Part shown: positions 25,401-36,599 of the stretch, one piece after another | How positions within the stretch are numbered: position 1 is the stretch's first letter | Layout: every line of letters starts with the position of its first letter | NCBI GenBank assembly: GCA_003971905.1 | Contig: RSEE01000106.1 | Coordinates: 124,001-188,000, forward strand | Direction: 5' to 3' | DNA from: Moniliella sp. 'wahieum' | Taxonomy: Eukaryota | DNA length: 64,000 nt | Program-made: the position numbers and the translations under genes | The notes under the pieces: generated by a model | What the model was told of the DNA's origin: nothing | What the model saw: the letters and a program-made list of their open reading frames with translations, nothing else | Databases searched by the model: none

Positions 25401-26744
25401 CTTCCGAGCGGCAGACGGTTGATGCGCACACCTTTGCCGCGGCCCAGGGCACCACCCTCCTTCCGCTCACACGTCCGTGCCTGGTGCCCATACCTACACC
25501 CTGACCCAAGTCGGGGATGACTTTTACCCTCCGTCTCCCTTCTCGAGCACCACGGAATTCGTCCGTCTTACCCAAGTCGTCCATCGTCCCCCCTCGGCTC
25601 GGTTCGTCGGGTCGAGGCGGTACAGGCCTGTGTCGGCGCCACGATCCCAGTCCCAGCGCTGGAGATGACCTGACGGTGGTATCAGACTCACGGTCTGGCC
25701 CTCCCAAGTCAAGGTCTCCGATCCAACGACCGACGTGCGCTTGCCCCCCATCGAACTTACCGGCGTACCCCCCTTTTCGCTCACCTTGTCCCTCACCTCG
25801 CCCAACGGGACTCAGCAAGTGCACACGCTGACTGTGCCCGACGGAGGCGCTGAGCTCTCGCAAGGCCCTACCACCTTGACGACCCAAGTGAGTTTGGGAT
25901 CGGCATGGCCGTTGGATGTGGCAGGAAGATGGGTGGTGGCGATTGGCGGGGTGGAAGATGGTGCGTGCTCGACGGGAGCGAGCACAGAGGAGGACCAAAA
26001 AGTGGTGTTGGACGTGCATGACACGCCATCGGCTCGTCCGTTTACCGAACGAGAACTGTGCGTTGGCAATGCACTCACGTTTGGTCTTTCGGGCCAGGCC
26101 AAGTGGGAGGTCACCTACCTCCTTACCCAGCTTCTGCGCTGGGGGCACGGAGGACTATGCCCCCGTGGATGCGATGGCGTTGGCGCAAGCCGAGGCGTCC
26201 AAGGGGGTGAAAGTGGTGGCCGAAACGGATTCGGCTGCGTTCACTCGACTTGCCTCGACCCCCGGGCGGATCCGATTGGTTCGCGTCGCTCATCCTGGTT
26301 CGCCTTGTGCGTGGACGCCTGCGCCCGGACCGAAGCGCAGTACACGGCCTTGGTCCGGACTTGCCCAGCGTGACGGTGGACCATGGTGCGCCCGATGAGC
26401 AAACCTTATTCGAAGGCGCTACGGCTCTGGTCAAGTTTGCTCTTCAAGGCGAAGCACCCTTTTCGTTTACGTATCAACGGACCGAGCCCATCGACTTGGT
26501 CTCCCATCCCAAGGTGCTGGATACCCAAACCGTTAGCCGGGTCGAGACCAACGAATTCTCCCTGTCGACCGCGGATGAAGGTATGTTTTTTTTCTTCTTT
26601 TTGTATTGTGGTCAACACTCACTAACTTCCCTTTTCTGGTTAGGCACTTGGCATGTCATCGAGCTCGCAGACAAGTATTGCGCCGTGACCGCCGCATCGG
26701 AGGCTCGGGGTGCTGCGTTACTGCAAGAGCATGGGCAGCTGTGA
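22426..26744 (+). CDS. POM152: Nuclear pore membrane protein Pom152 (N-terminal TM, tandem Ig-like repeats); many indels; intron 26581-26643
   Basis: Repeated motifs LSGTPPFTLTY, LTGRAPWKVMY, LTGVPPFSLTL, LSGQAKWEVTY, LQGEAPFSFTYQR..VLDT..EG|TWHVIELADKYC. Confidence 0.85.
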
Positions 26745-27859
26745 GCGTTCTCGAGGGTTCATGCTCAAGAGGGGTGGACCACTTTCCCGTACTTGTATTG
26801 GCCCGTTTGGGGATGGGTCCCGCGAGCGGGTCTCGGGACGCCGGACAGTCGGATCTTTGGTTGTTCGTTCTCTCATTGTTTAGTCATGCGGCTTGTCATC
26901 CCCCTCCCCCCTCCTCCCCCCCCGCCCCCACGTCGCGCCCGATTAATGATTCGCTCCCAAATGGATCATTGATCCATCCATCTCTCTCTGAACCGATCCA
27001 GCAAAAGCATCCTTTTCTCAGGTGCACTTAATTCATCCGAGTTCCTTTGATTTTGTATCTCTGCCACCGACCTAGTCCTTTGGTTGCGCTGGAGGAGGCC
27101 GTGGCGTCCTTTGGTGGTATTGTGGTAGGCAGCCTTTTCCAAATGTCCTGGAGATCGAGGACGCTAGCGTGGCTCTCCTCATTTATCCGTCGGGCCTGTA
27201 ACGGTGTGGCCTCCAGGGCGATGACATCCTCGCCCGACGGGGGCACAAAGGGTTAAAGACTCAGATAGCTTACTGTCGCTCTCAACCACAAGGCTACAGG
27301 TGCTGCGAGTACCAAACTTGGCGTTCGCCGTTCCTGTAGGTCAGAATGTACCCGCCGCACAAGAGCAAAAGTTGGGACGGGAGACCATTGCTTCCACCGC
27401 CACTTCACCATCTCTCTCTCCCTTATATCTCACCCAGCCTATTATGTGCCCGGCGGATGTGAGCCATTGCGCCGCGTTGGGAGGTTAGAACGAATAACCA
27501 GTATGCGCAGCGTTCCAGAAAACTGTACAGTGGCTTGTGAGCAGCAAAGGGGACTGCAGTACGCAACCATCTCGTTCCACGTGATGCATCCCAGACTAAC
27601 GTGGTGGACTCAACGTTCAACCAGCCCAACATCGTCACATGGCGCGCCCTGGTGCGCTCCTCCACCAAAGTCAATGAGAGGTAGATCTGAAAGCTAACAC
27701 AAAAGAAAAAAGGGTTCCCTGCGCGGTCACCAAGCCGGTGACAGAGGCGAGAAGACCAAGTTGTCCCTGTTCCCAACGATGAAGGTTACATGCCAATCCT
27801 ACACTATTCAGCGGGCATGCAACATGGATGAATTTTGCGACGCTCCATGACCGGCTCGC

Positions 27860-28283
27860 TTAGTTAGCAACGGAGCTGAGGAGGTCCGAGTCACCCGCGT
27901 CCGTGACGGCGAGAACACTGGAGAAAGACGAGCCACACAGGTCAGCCATCTCCTCCCAGCTTATAAAAAAAAAGTAGTACAGAAACGGGCACATCAACGT
28001 ACCCAACACGGAGAGCTTTCCAGACGCCGTGCCCAAAGCCACGTTCGAGCCTTGGTAGTGGTGCACGAGCGTCTTGGACAGCATGGCGTAGTACTCTCCA
28101 GCTCCGACTTGCGCAGCGGTGGCGTTTGGCCGAGATCAAGACGAGTTTGGCCTTGCCGTTGCGCAGGGTCTTGAGCGTGCTCGAGTAGCCGAGCTGGACC
28201 TTGCCCGACTTCATGACAAGCTGCAGCTTGCCGTTGATGTTCTCCTGCGTCGAGGTCTTCTTCTTGTTGCTCACAGGCGCCAT
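27860..28283 (-). CDS. RPL30: 60S ribosomal protein L30 (eL30); coding intron 27918-28002, 5'UTR intron ~28290-28431; two indels
   Basis: [58 protein letters not shown]. Confidence 0.95.
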
Positions 28284-28524
28284 GGTGCACTGTCCATTCC
28301 AACCCACGTCAGCACCCTGCCCTCCAACATGTCCCGAAGAGCGCCACGGCCACCTGCCCGCTCAGGAGAGGGGTCCCTCAATGACCCCCCCGTGCCAGCC
28401 AGACAGCCCTTTCCCACATCACGATACGCACAAGTTGTCAGACAGTCGTCGGGGACGCCAACCGCCGTGGCCGGCGCGCCACCACCACCACACCCAACAC
28501 GGCCGGGACACCCCAGCTGGAGAA

Positions 28525-28672
28525 ATAGGGTTGTCACGGATATGAGTCCACACTGACGCCATGCGCTCATGCCGCAGCTCATCGGCGCATGAATTATGAT
28601 GACTGGCGCTGCGCTTGAGGGTGTTTGCACCACAGTAGGGTTGTTCTTGCTCTGGAACTGGGTAACCCTGCT
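28525..28672. promoter_or_regulatory. Bidirectional RPL30/RPL37 promoter with TAGGGTTGT/AACCCT motifs
   Basis: Head-to-head genes; TAGGGTTGT at ~28526 and 28636; AACCCTG at ~28664. Confidence 0.55.
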
Positions 28673-29006
28673 ACCGTGCCCCTCCCCGCTGTGTGATGCT
28701 TCGGCTGCCGTTCCCGCGTTTGATCGGGACCCCATCGAGCGTCGCGAGCTCTCCCAGTAACAAGGTAAGCACGAGCTCCACATCCACTTGGGCTGCGCCT
28801 GTCCTGGCCTTTCGTCCCCCCCCCCCCTCCTCCAGCTCAGGGTGCCTTGCCGTGGTGCGAACCGCTGGACTTGCATGGCAGCACGGGGGGCGAGGACATC
28901 TGGGGCGCAGCCAACCCTGCCATGGACCGATCGATCACGTTCTGACCTTTCCTGCTTTGGCCTGTGGCCTGCGCCCTGTGTCCCCCTGTGAGTAGACAAA
29001 AGAGCC

Positions 29007-29272
29007 ATGACCCGCGGCACGACTTCGTTTGGTTTGCGTCACATTAAGGCGCACACGCTGTGCCGGCGGTGTGGCAAGCGGTCGTTCCACAAGCAGCACA
29101 AGGAGTGCGCTTCGTGTGGCTACCCATCGGCCAGAGCGGGTCGTACCAGTGGGGCCAGAAGGCTATCCGGAGGCGTACGACCGGTACGGGGCGCATGCGC
29201 TACCTCAAGACGGTGCCTCGCAAGGCGAAGAATGGGTTCCGTTCCGGTGCGCCCAAGTCGGCTTCGGCCTAA
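29007..29272 (+). CDS. RPL37: 60S ribosomal protein L37 (eL37); 5'UTR intron 28765-28995; indel near 29135
   Basis: [34 protein letters not shown] and [22 protein letters not shown]. Confidence 0.95.
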
Positions 29273-30449
29273 GAGCTTACTTTGGTGGTGTTCCTTTTTT
29301 TCATGCAAGGCTTATGTTCTGGGGTCGAGTAAGGTGGTCTCGTGCGTTTTCCTCGGAACAGTGCGAGGCGAGGCTTGTTCTCTCGAAGAAGTGGGAAGGG
29401 AATGGTTCCCAATTCGAGGCCTAGTCTGGCCATTTGACCCCTTCCCCTACGGCCCGATCTCTATGCTTTCTCCTTCCGCGCCCCCGCCTCGGATCTTAGG
29501 TCCCCCACTTGTGGACATCATACATTGTGCCTTTATGCATCATCAATTATCTCTGCTAAACATTGAATGCTGAACGTTGAATTCTGGACGACGAACATGG
29601 AAGAGACTTGCTGAATGCTGAAGGGGCTTAAGCACCCACGGGGCGTTCGGTGCGAGAGGGATTGGCTTGTGCAGTTTGGTGTGGGGGTGTACCTAGCTGC
29701 GCTGTGCGGTTCGCTGTACGAGCTGAGGTCGGTTCTTCTTAGCCAGCAGTGGGTTACCCCCTTAAGGGGTTACTCTAACCCCTTACCCCTTGGCAACGCT
29801 TTCGCCACCCATCTACGGGCAGGTATGTAGTAGTGAGTGGGTTGCTTCCACTTAACTTTAGGGAGGTCACTAGTCACTAGTCACTAGGACCACTAATCAC
29901 TGGTCCCGGTCACTAGCACTGGTCACTCGACCCTCTGCTCCCTACTAAGAGTCTCTCTATTCCTTCTTATCCCTCAGTCACTGCTTACTACTAGTAGGGG
30001 CCGTTAGCCTAAGGGTCTGAGAGCCTGAGACCAGAAGCCTGAGACCAGAAAGGGCGTGGGTCGCGCCACTCATTTCGATTCGCTCACGAGCAAAGCGGGA
30101 CACAGGACCAGGACACAGGGCAAAGAGCCTCGCATCTGTTACATTGGTCAGGCGGGGGGTAAGGGGCAAGCATGGGAACAGGTAAAGGAGGAACAGGGGA
30201 ACCGGCACCCACTGCAGTAAAGGAGAAAGGGACAAAGATGTAAAGGGTTAGTTAGGGACGGAAGAACGCGAACAAAACCTCCAAGATATCTTGGCTGGCG
30301 TTCCCACTGAGGCCGTACCAACACCCAACCCAGCCCATACCTCCCACCCAACCCAATGTGGGGGGAATGACATCCACCCATACCTCCCACCCAAAACACC
30401 CATCCAACGAGAAGTAAGCACACCCACTCCCACCACTCCCACCACCAGG

Positions 30450-33400
30450 ACTACCACACGACGCGATAGGTGTGCGTATCCGTGACGATCGAGGTAGCCC
30501 AGGCGGTACGTCCGGGGCTTTATGCGCGCGGAGGGGAGCGGAGCAAAGTGCGCCAAGGTTGGGACCACTGAGCGTTCTCCCCCACGTATCGATCAGCAGG
30601 AGGACCAAGTACGCGTGGCCTGGTGCGTGGCCTGATGGGGGGAAGTGGCGAGAAAATTGAGCACCGACAGGGCGGCCTGGTCATTACGCACGGTGTACGA
30701 CCAAAGCCGGTTTGTCCCAAACTTTTCGACAGGTTGCAGGAAGGCCGGGTAAGTGCCAACCAGTTCGCCGAGAGCCAAGGTGATACTGAGCGGGTCTGGA
30801 CCGGGTCTTGGCGCACGAATGGGCCAGGGAGGGAGGCGGTACAGATACACCCTGAGAAGAAGGATAGGTGGGCAAAGAAGGTCGTCAAAGTTGACCAAGG
30901 TGGCTAAGAGTTGGATCAAGTCGAACGATAAGATACCTCGTCCTGGTCCTTATCCTTGTCCTGGTCCTTGTTCTTATCCTTATTCCCCCGGCCATCGTCT
31001 TGATACAAGCCCAGACGGCTGGGGCGTACGCCGCACGGTCCGTGTCCACTTGCAGGGTTAAGAGACGGACCAGCTCATGCACCAAGCGTACTCCAGGCAA
31101 GTCCCAGTCGCGCTGAGCATTGTGCTCAGGATCGGAAAGAGAGAGTAGCCTAGCCACTGCTGCACATAATGTCTCTTCCCCCCGAGGCGAGTTCGACAGG
31201 GCCACAAGGGACTGCACAGCTGTCGACCAGACCAGGACAGAGGGACGGGAAAGATCGTACGTTGCAGCAAGCAGGACGGGCAAGGCAGCCTGGTGAATCC
31301 GACCCCATTGAGCTAGGCCGCGCAAACCCTGGGTCGCAGTCGGGATGTCGTGGGAAGTAGCGAGGGCCATCACCACCCCGCCGTAGCGCTCCCAGTGTTG
31401 GGCCGGGACATTGATCGGTGCTGTCTTGGCCAACTGGAGGCGTACCGTTCGACGGTCCTCCAGCCGTTCTAAGGCGGTTTGATCCAGCTCCGTACCAGCC
31501 TCGCGTTCCAGTTCCTCCTTCAAGGGGACAAGCACTTGGTCCACGATGGTCCAGCCCGCCTCGATCCCAAGCAACTTGGTCCTAGCGACCACCACAATCA
31601 TGCTATAAACGTCGCGGGGCAGGTCGGGCTTGGCCACCTGGTCCAGCAGCAACGCAGCCGCGTCGGCAAGGGGCAAGCAGCGGCCCACGATGCTGACGGC
31701 CTTCTTGCGACTGGCCACCTTGCTTGGTTCCTCCCAAAGCGAGCGTGCGAGTGGGGTGATTTGGGACATGGGAATCCATTTGGCTGCGCGTTCCAGGGCA
31801 GGCATGGCAACCCGAGCATGCTGGTCCGACGCATGCGACAAGAGAAGAGGCACGCACGCCGCCGAGTCCAGCACCGACAGAGCCTGTTCGAACGCACGCA
31901 CGCCTTCCTTCCCCTTTACACCTTGCTCTACCAACGACCGGATCAGGGCCATCCCGCCAGGGACGTGGGCGATGCGACGCAACAGCTCGCTTCGCGTATA
32001 CCTCGGCTTGAGAACACCCAGTACCCGTTTCGCTCGTGCCAGAAAGAGGTCAATGGTGGCTGGCGCAACCCCATGGAGAGCACGGGGCTCGCAGGGCAAG
32101 ATCCATTCTTCTTGTTTCTCCTTTGGAAGGAAGCGACCACAAGGCGGGGAGCGAAGGACCGTAGCCAAGATCTCGGGCTGGATTCGGGCGACCATGTTGG
32201 CAACCGAGTCGATGGCAACAATCGAAAGGTCTTGCTTCAAGAGCTCAGCGAGACGATCCGCTCGTGTTTGCTTTGGTTTGAGGTAGATCTCAATCAGGTC
32301 CTTGCCATCGGTTTTATCCGCCTTGGGAATGGCTTGAGCCAGCAACTTTGGTAGCATTGTCATGGCCTTTGCGTGCCGACCCAAGGATTCCACCACCTCC
32401 AGAAACAGGGTGCAGCCTTCATCGTCCTTGACCAACGTCTGTAGGTACGGTTCCAAAGCCTCTCCCACCACCTCTTCCGAGCCTGAAAGTATCCGGTCGG
32501 TAAAATTCATGTAGGAACTGTGATGGGGGAAGAGCAGGGCGAGCATGTCCCTTGCCCACGTGACGATATGCTTATCTTTGGGCCCGAGGGAACTGAGGAT
32601 GCTCATGACCACTTCGAGCAGGTAGCGGACGGAGGAGGCAGTATTGTCAGGGGCTTGGACAGCGTCCATGGCCATCTGCTTGAGGCACGGAAGGACATCC
32701 TTCGACCATAATGAAGGAAGGAAAGGTAAGTCAGCCAGGGGAGCAAGCGCTTCGGTGCGCACCGAGGCTTGCTCATTCTTGATTCGTGAAGCGAGAGAAG
32801 CAATGGTGGTGGTCCAGCGGGCAGGGTCACCGGACGCTCTGGCCTGTTTAACAAAGTGGGCGTACCCAGCAGCACGGACTGTGGAATCGGCGTTGCGCAT
32901 GGCCAAGTGAATGGCTCGCTGGGCCTCGACCGGGTTGGCGGTCACGGCTGCGTCCAAGGATTGGACTCCAAGCTCGCCAGGGTCTTCGTCAGACGGTGAG
33001 GGAAAGACTTGTGAAACATCGTCTCGGACACGGCGGGGGAAGAGGTGTTCCAGGGCAGAGAACGAGCACCCTCGGCCAGCGAGATGCTTGGCGAACACGA
33101 GAAGTTCGGGGTATCCACTACAGTACGGAGCATCCGCTTGAACGCGCGAGTGGAGAAATTACCCTTGCGCAACTGGCCCTGTATGATGTACTGGGCCATG
33201 CGTGCGGGCTCGGTGCGGACCAGGGCCGCCAAGCAGGGCCACAGTTCCCGGGGAAGACGTCGGGGGTCAAGTCGACCAGGTCGAGAACTTTGGTGGCCAG
33301 CCCGGTAGACGTGTACTGAGCAGCGCCTCGATGCCGGGACCAAACAGGCCCCACCAGGCCGGCGGGAGCATCAGGCCCTGGTTGATGAGATGTGTGCGGC

Positions 33401-33961
33401 TGTGGACTAGCACGTCCAAGAGTACGGCGGGGTGCAAGGTGGCGAAACGGCGCCAATGGGAATCGGAGTGAACGACATCAAGCATGTCGGGGAGGAAGCG
33501 GGCGACAGTAGGGGCAGTGCAGTGGGGGAGCACAAGGATGGCGGCGGCATCGCCCCAGGTGGCGCGGACAGTGGGGAAGAGGCGCTCGGCAAGGGCGGGG
33601 CGGTGGGTGAGGCCGGTGCGCCAGAGGGCCCTGCGGGTGTACAAGGAAAGGTCGCCGTCGAGGGCGCTGGCGATGTGGTCGTCGGACACGAGCTGGGGTG
33701 TGGCAGCGAGGAGAGCAAGGCGCTGGATGTGGGGGTCGGGGTGGGCGAGATGGGAGTGGATCCAGCGGTGCTGTGGACGGCACACGCGGCGATGGCGGCG
33801 AGGTACTGCTGGTCTGCGTCGCCGCGCTGGAGGTGGTCAAGCAAGGACTGCTGGGGGCCAGGTGGGAGGCGGCGGACGGCGCGGACGACGTGGGTGATGC
33901 GCGTGTGGGGCGCGAGGTTGGCGAGGGGGGCGAGGAGGTCGGCGGCGGCGTCGGTGGACAT
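30450..33961 (-). CDS. Large (~1,150 aa) intronless alpha-helical (HEAT-like) protein of unknown function; several indels; 3' end approximate
   Basis: Consecutive - strand ORFs (33407-34144, 33267-33785, 32942-33343, 30885-33098, 30593-30919, 30520-30888) join into one Leu/Ala/Arg-rich protein from MSTDAAADLLAPL to ...WSQPWRTLLRS.LRAHKAPDV. Confidence 0.75.
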
Positions 33962-34734
33962 GGTGTTAGGGGATGGGGTGGTGGTGGGGGCGAGGCAGGC
34001 AGAGCGGCTGGTTATGACCGATGGCGGGCAGAGCGTCGGGATCGGGTGGGGTGGGCGAAAACAAGCGCACAGAAGCCGACTGCGGGGCAGGACGCAGCAC
34101 GGGGCGAGTGGAGCGCCGGGGCCATCGGGAGAGCATGGTTTCATGACTGGGCAGATGACTGGGATGACTCGATGATCGATGACTAGCGTAACTCCTGCGG
34201 CCGCCCGACCACATCCATAATGCCTGACCGCCTGGGCCCATGACGTGGCTGACTGCGACTTCCATCATCACCACTGGCTCCCCCCCGCTCCGAACGGCCC
34301 ACGTGGCGAGCGCAGCGGCCGGGGCAGGCGGGAGCGGCGGCGCGAGCACAGGAACGGCGCCGCCCAAACACTGCCCAAGTAGAGCACCAGAGCACCCACT
34401 GGATCACCCGTGCGTTGTTTGTACGCCCCGCGTTTCTCCCGGGACCCCCGTGTGCACCGCCCTGAGGGGCCTGAGGCCTGACGGAAGAGAAGACGCCCTC
34501 GGCTGTGGATCCTAGTACTTCTCAATCTATTTCATCCCCCACATCCCTCCCTGGCATCGGCACCATTCATACCAGCGCCAAGAACGAGCATAGCCGGCCT
34601 ACTATTAGCAGCCCAATTGATCCATATCCTTTTTCATCCCTTGGACCATCACATCGACCATCGACCACACAAAGCAGCACAGGAGCTGCAGTTTCTGACA
34701 AGCAACATGGCATCAGAGCGTCGACGTTATAACT

Positions 34735-36086
34735 TCAAGTTGCTGCGTTGGCGTTCAAGCCAATCGGCACCTCGACGTGCTGCACCGACTGGAGGACGGA
34801 GGTGGGGAAGGCCGGATCGGGGGACCAACCCAACGTGGCGAGGCGGGAGGAGTGGACACGAGCATTGTCCGCCCAGAACTGGAAGGCCACCTCTGGAGGG
34901 CCAAAGAAGTGAGCTTGTTCTTGTGCTGTAGCTGTGCGCACCGCTCGTGATGCGACTGGGATCGCACCCGCTTGCTCTAGCGCCGTGCCAATCGTCTCGG
35001 ACAGCGAGTGGAATTGGACAGCTAGGGGAAACCAATACAACAGACACAAACACACAAGCACACAAGCACACAGCCCAGCAAAGTCAGCATGGAACCTCAA
35101 GCCTGCCATGCACCACTGACGCAAGCCCAGCGGGGGGCATTATATATAGACGCAAAGACGGCCGACGTACCACCCGTTTCTGGGAAAAAGTAATCCTTCC
35201 ATCTAGGGGTCCTGGATGGGGAAGCCTGCAACTGGGCCAAGATAGCGAGGTAAGCCGAAGCCAAATGTCAATATGAATGGTGCTCCAGACGCCTTGGCCA
35301 GTGGCCACGACGAGTGTTGCGGGAGTCGTACGCGGCGCGAAGTAAGGTGGGTACCTGGACACTGAGGCGGTGCTGTGGGAGGGGGGTGGGACTGAGGCCG
35401 TAGATGAGTGGTGGGGAAACGATAGCGACGCGAGCGAGGGGGGAGAAGAGGTGTGTTCAGCCAGGTCGATGGAACGGTGGTGCGCTGTGGCCTTAATTCG
35501 TTCTTCCACTTTAGGATCTGAGTCGTCGTACGCGTCGTGTTCGATGTGGGCGGTCACCGTGGTCCCCCGTGGTCAGAACGCCGTTGCCCGAGGTATGGAT
35601 GTAGATGGGAAGCGTATCCGACGGCGGTCGGGCCTTGAACCCAGCCGCAAGAGCTTGGACCGAAGCCAAGTGCTTGTTGGAAGAAGTGTTGATGACCTGC
35701 GGGGGATGAGCGCGAGAGCAGAGGATGCGTGCAACACAGTGCGTAGGTTAGATGGGATACGACGAACGTAGTCAGTACACCACCACCAGGAGACAACAGG
35801 CAGGACAGGTAGTAGGAGCAAGCAGGATCTTCAACGCCCACCGACAAATGGATTGAAGCGAGAGAATGCAACGTACGACATCAGCTTTGGTAGCCTGGTC
35901 CTGTAGCAGCTGCGCATCGTCCAGGGAGCCCAGAACGGGCTCGATGCCCACTGCGCGCAGCAGCTCGGCCTGGTCCGGTTGGCGGACCAAGGCAGCGAGG
36001 TGGAGGTCGGGACGCTGGCGCTGCAGGTACGTCAGCACAGCGCCCCCGACAAAGCCTGGGCCAAGCAGAAACACGCGCGGGGGCAT
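34735..36086 (-). CDS. NAD(P)-binding Rossmann protein (atypical SDR/epimerase family), several introns and indels
   Basis: VFLLGPGFVGGAVL, VLGSLDDAQLL..ATKADVV, IYIHTSG, AHHRSIDL, GQGVWSTIHID, WADNARVHSSRLATLGWSP. Confidence 0.8.
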
Positions 36087-36599
36087 GCGCGCGGACCAGT
36101 GTAAGGAAGTAGTGGTGACGTTCGTTGGGGATTGGGGACAGGCCGAACCGGTAACCGCGACCCGAGGCTGGGGCCCAGCAACAGCAATCAATATTCAAGC
36201 GCGTATAAATACGTTTTTCGCTTTTGCTTGCGGTGCCTGGCGGTGTGCACGGCCAGTTGGCCTGCCTGGCTCAGTGGCACACGGCCCAGCTGGGCCGTGC
36301 TCCGTCGGCTGCTGTGATGTGAGTTGTGTTGCGCCATCGCCTGCCTCGCCACGCCCTTGGCCCGGCGCGCTTGTCGCCCGGCGGGATGGGGCTCTGCACT
36401 ATGTCCGACCGCACGCCAAGACCCTGCAGCAAGCCCTCAGGGCCTCATCGATCATCTATCATGCACATGCATCAATCATCAATTCCGACAGGCGGACGAC
36501 GGGGGTATTGGTGGTGGCATGGTAGCGGAGCTAAGCTGATGCTGCTTGGTCGCAACCCTTACGCCCAAGCCTAAGTCCAGTCTACACGCAGGCCCAAGC

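Noticed and set aside
27028..27420. Short - strand ORF (PPSGEDVIALEATP...) with an upstream acceptor-like site
   Set aside because: No start or continuous frame and no recognisable family; at most a pseudogene fragment
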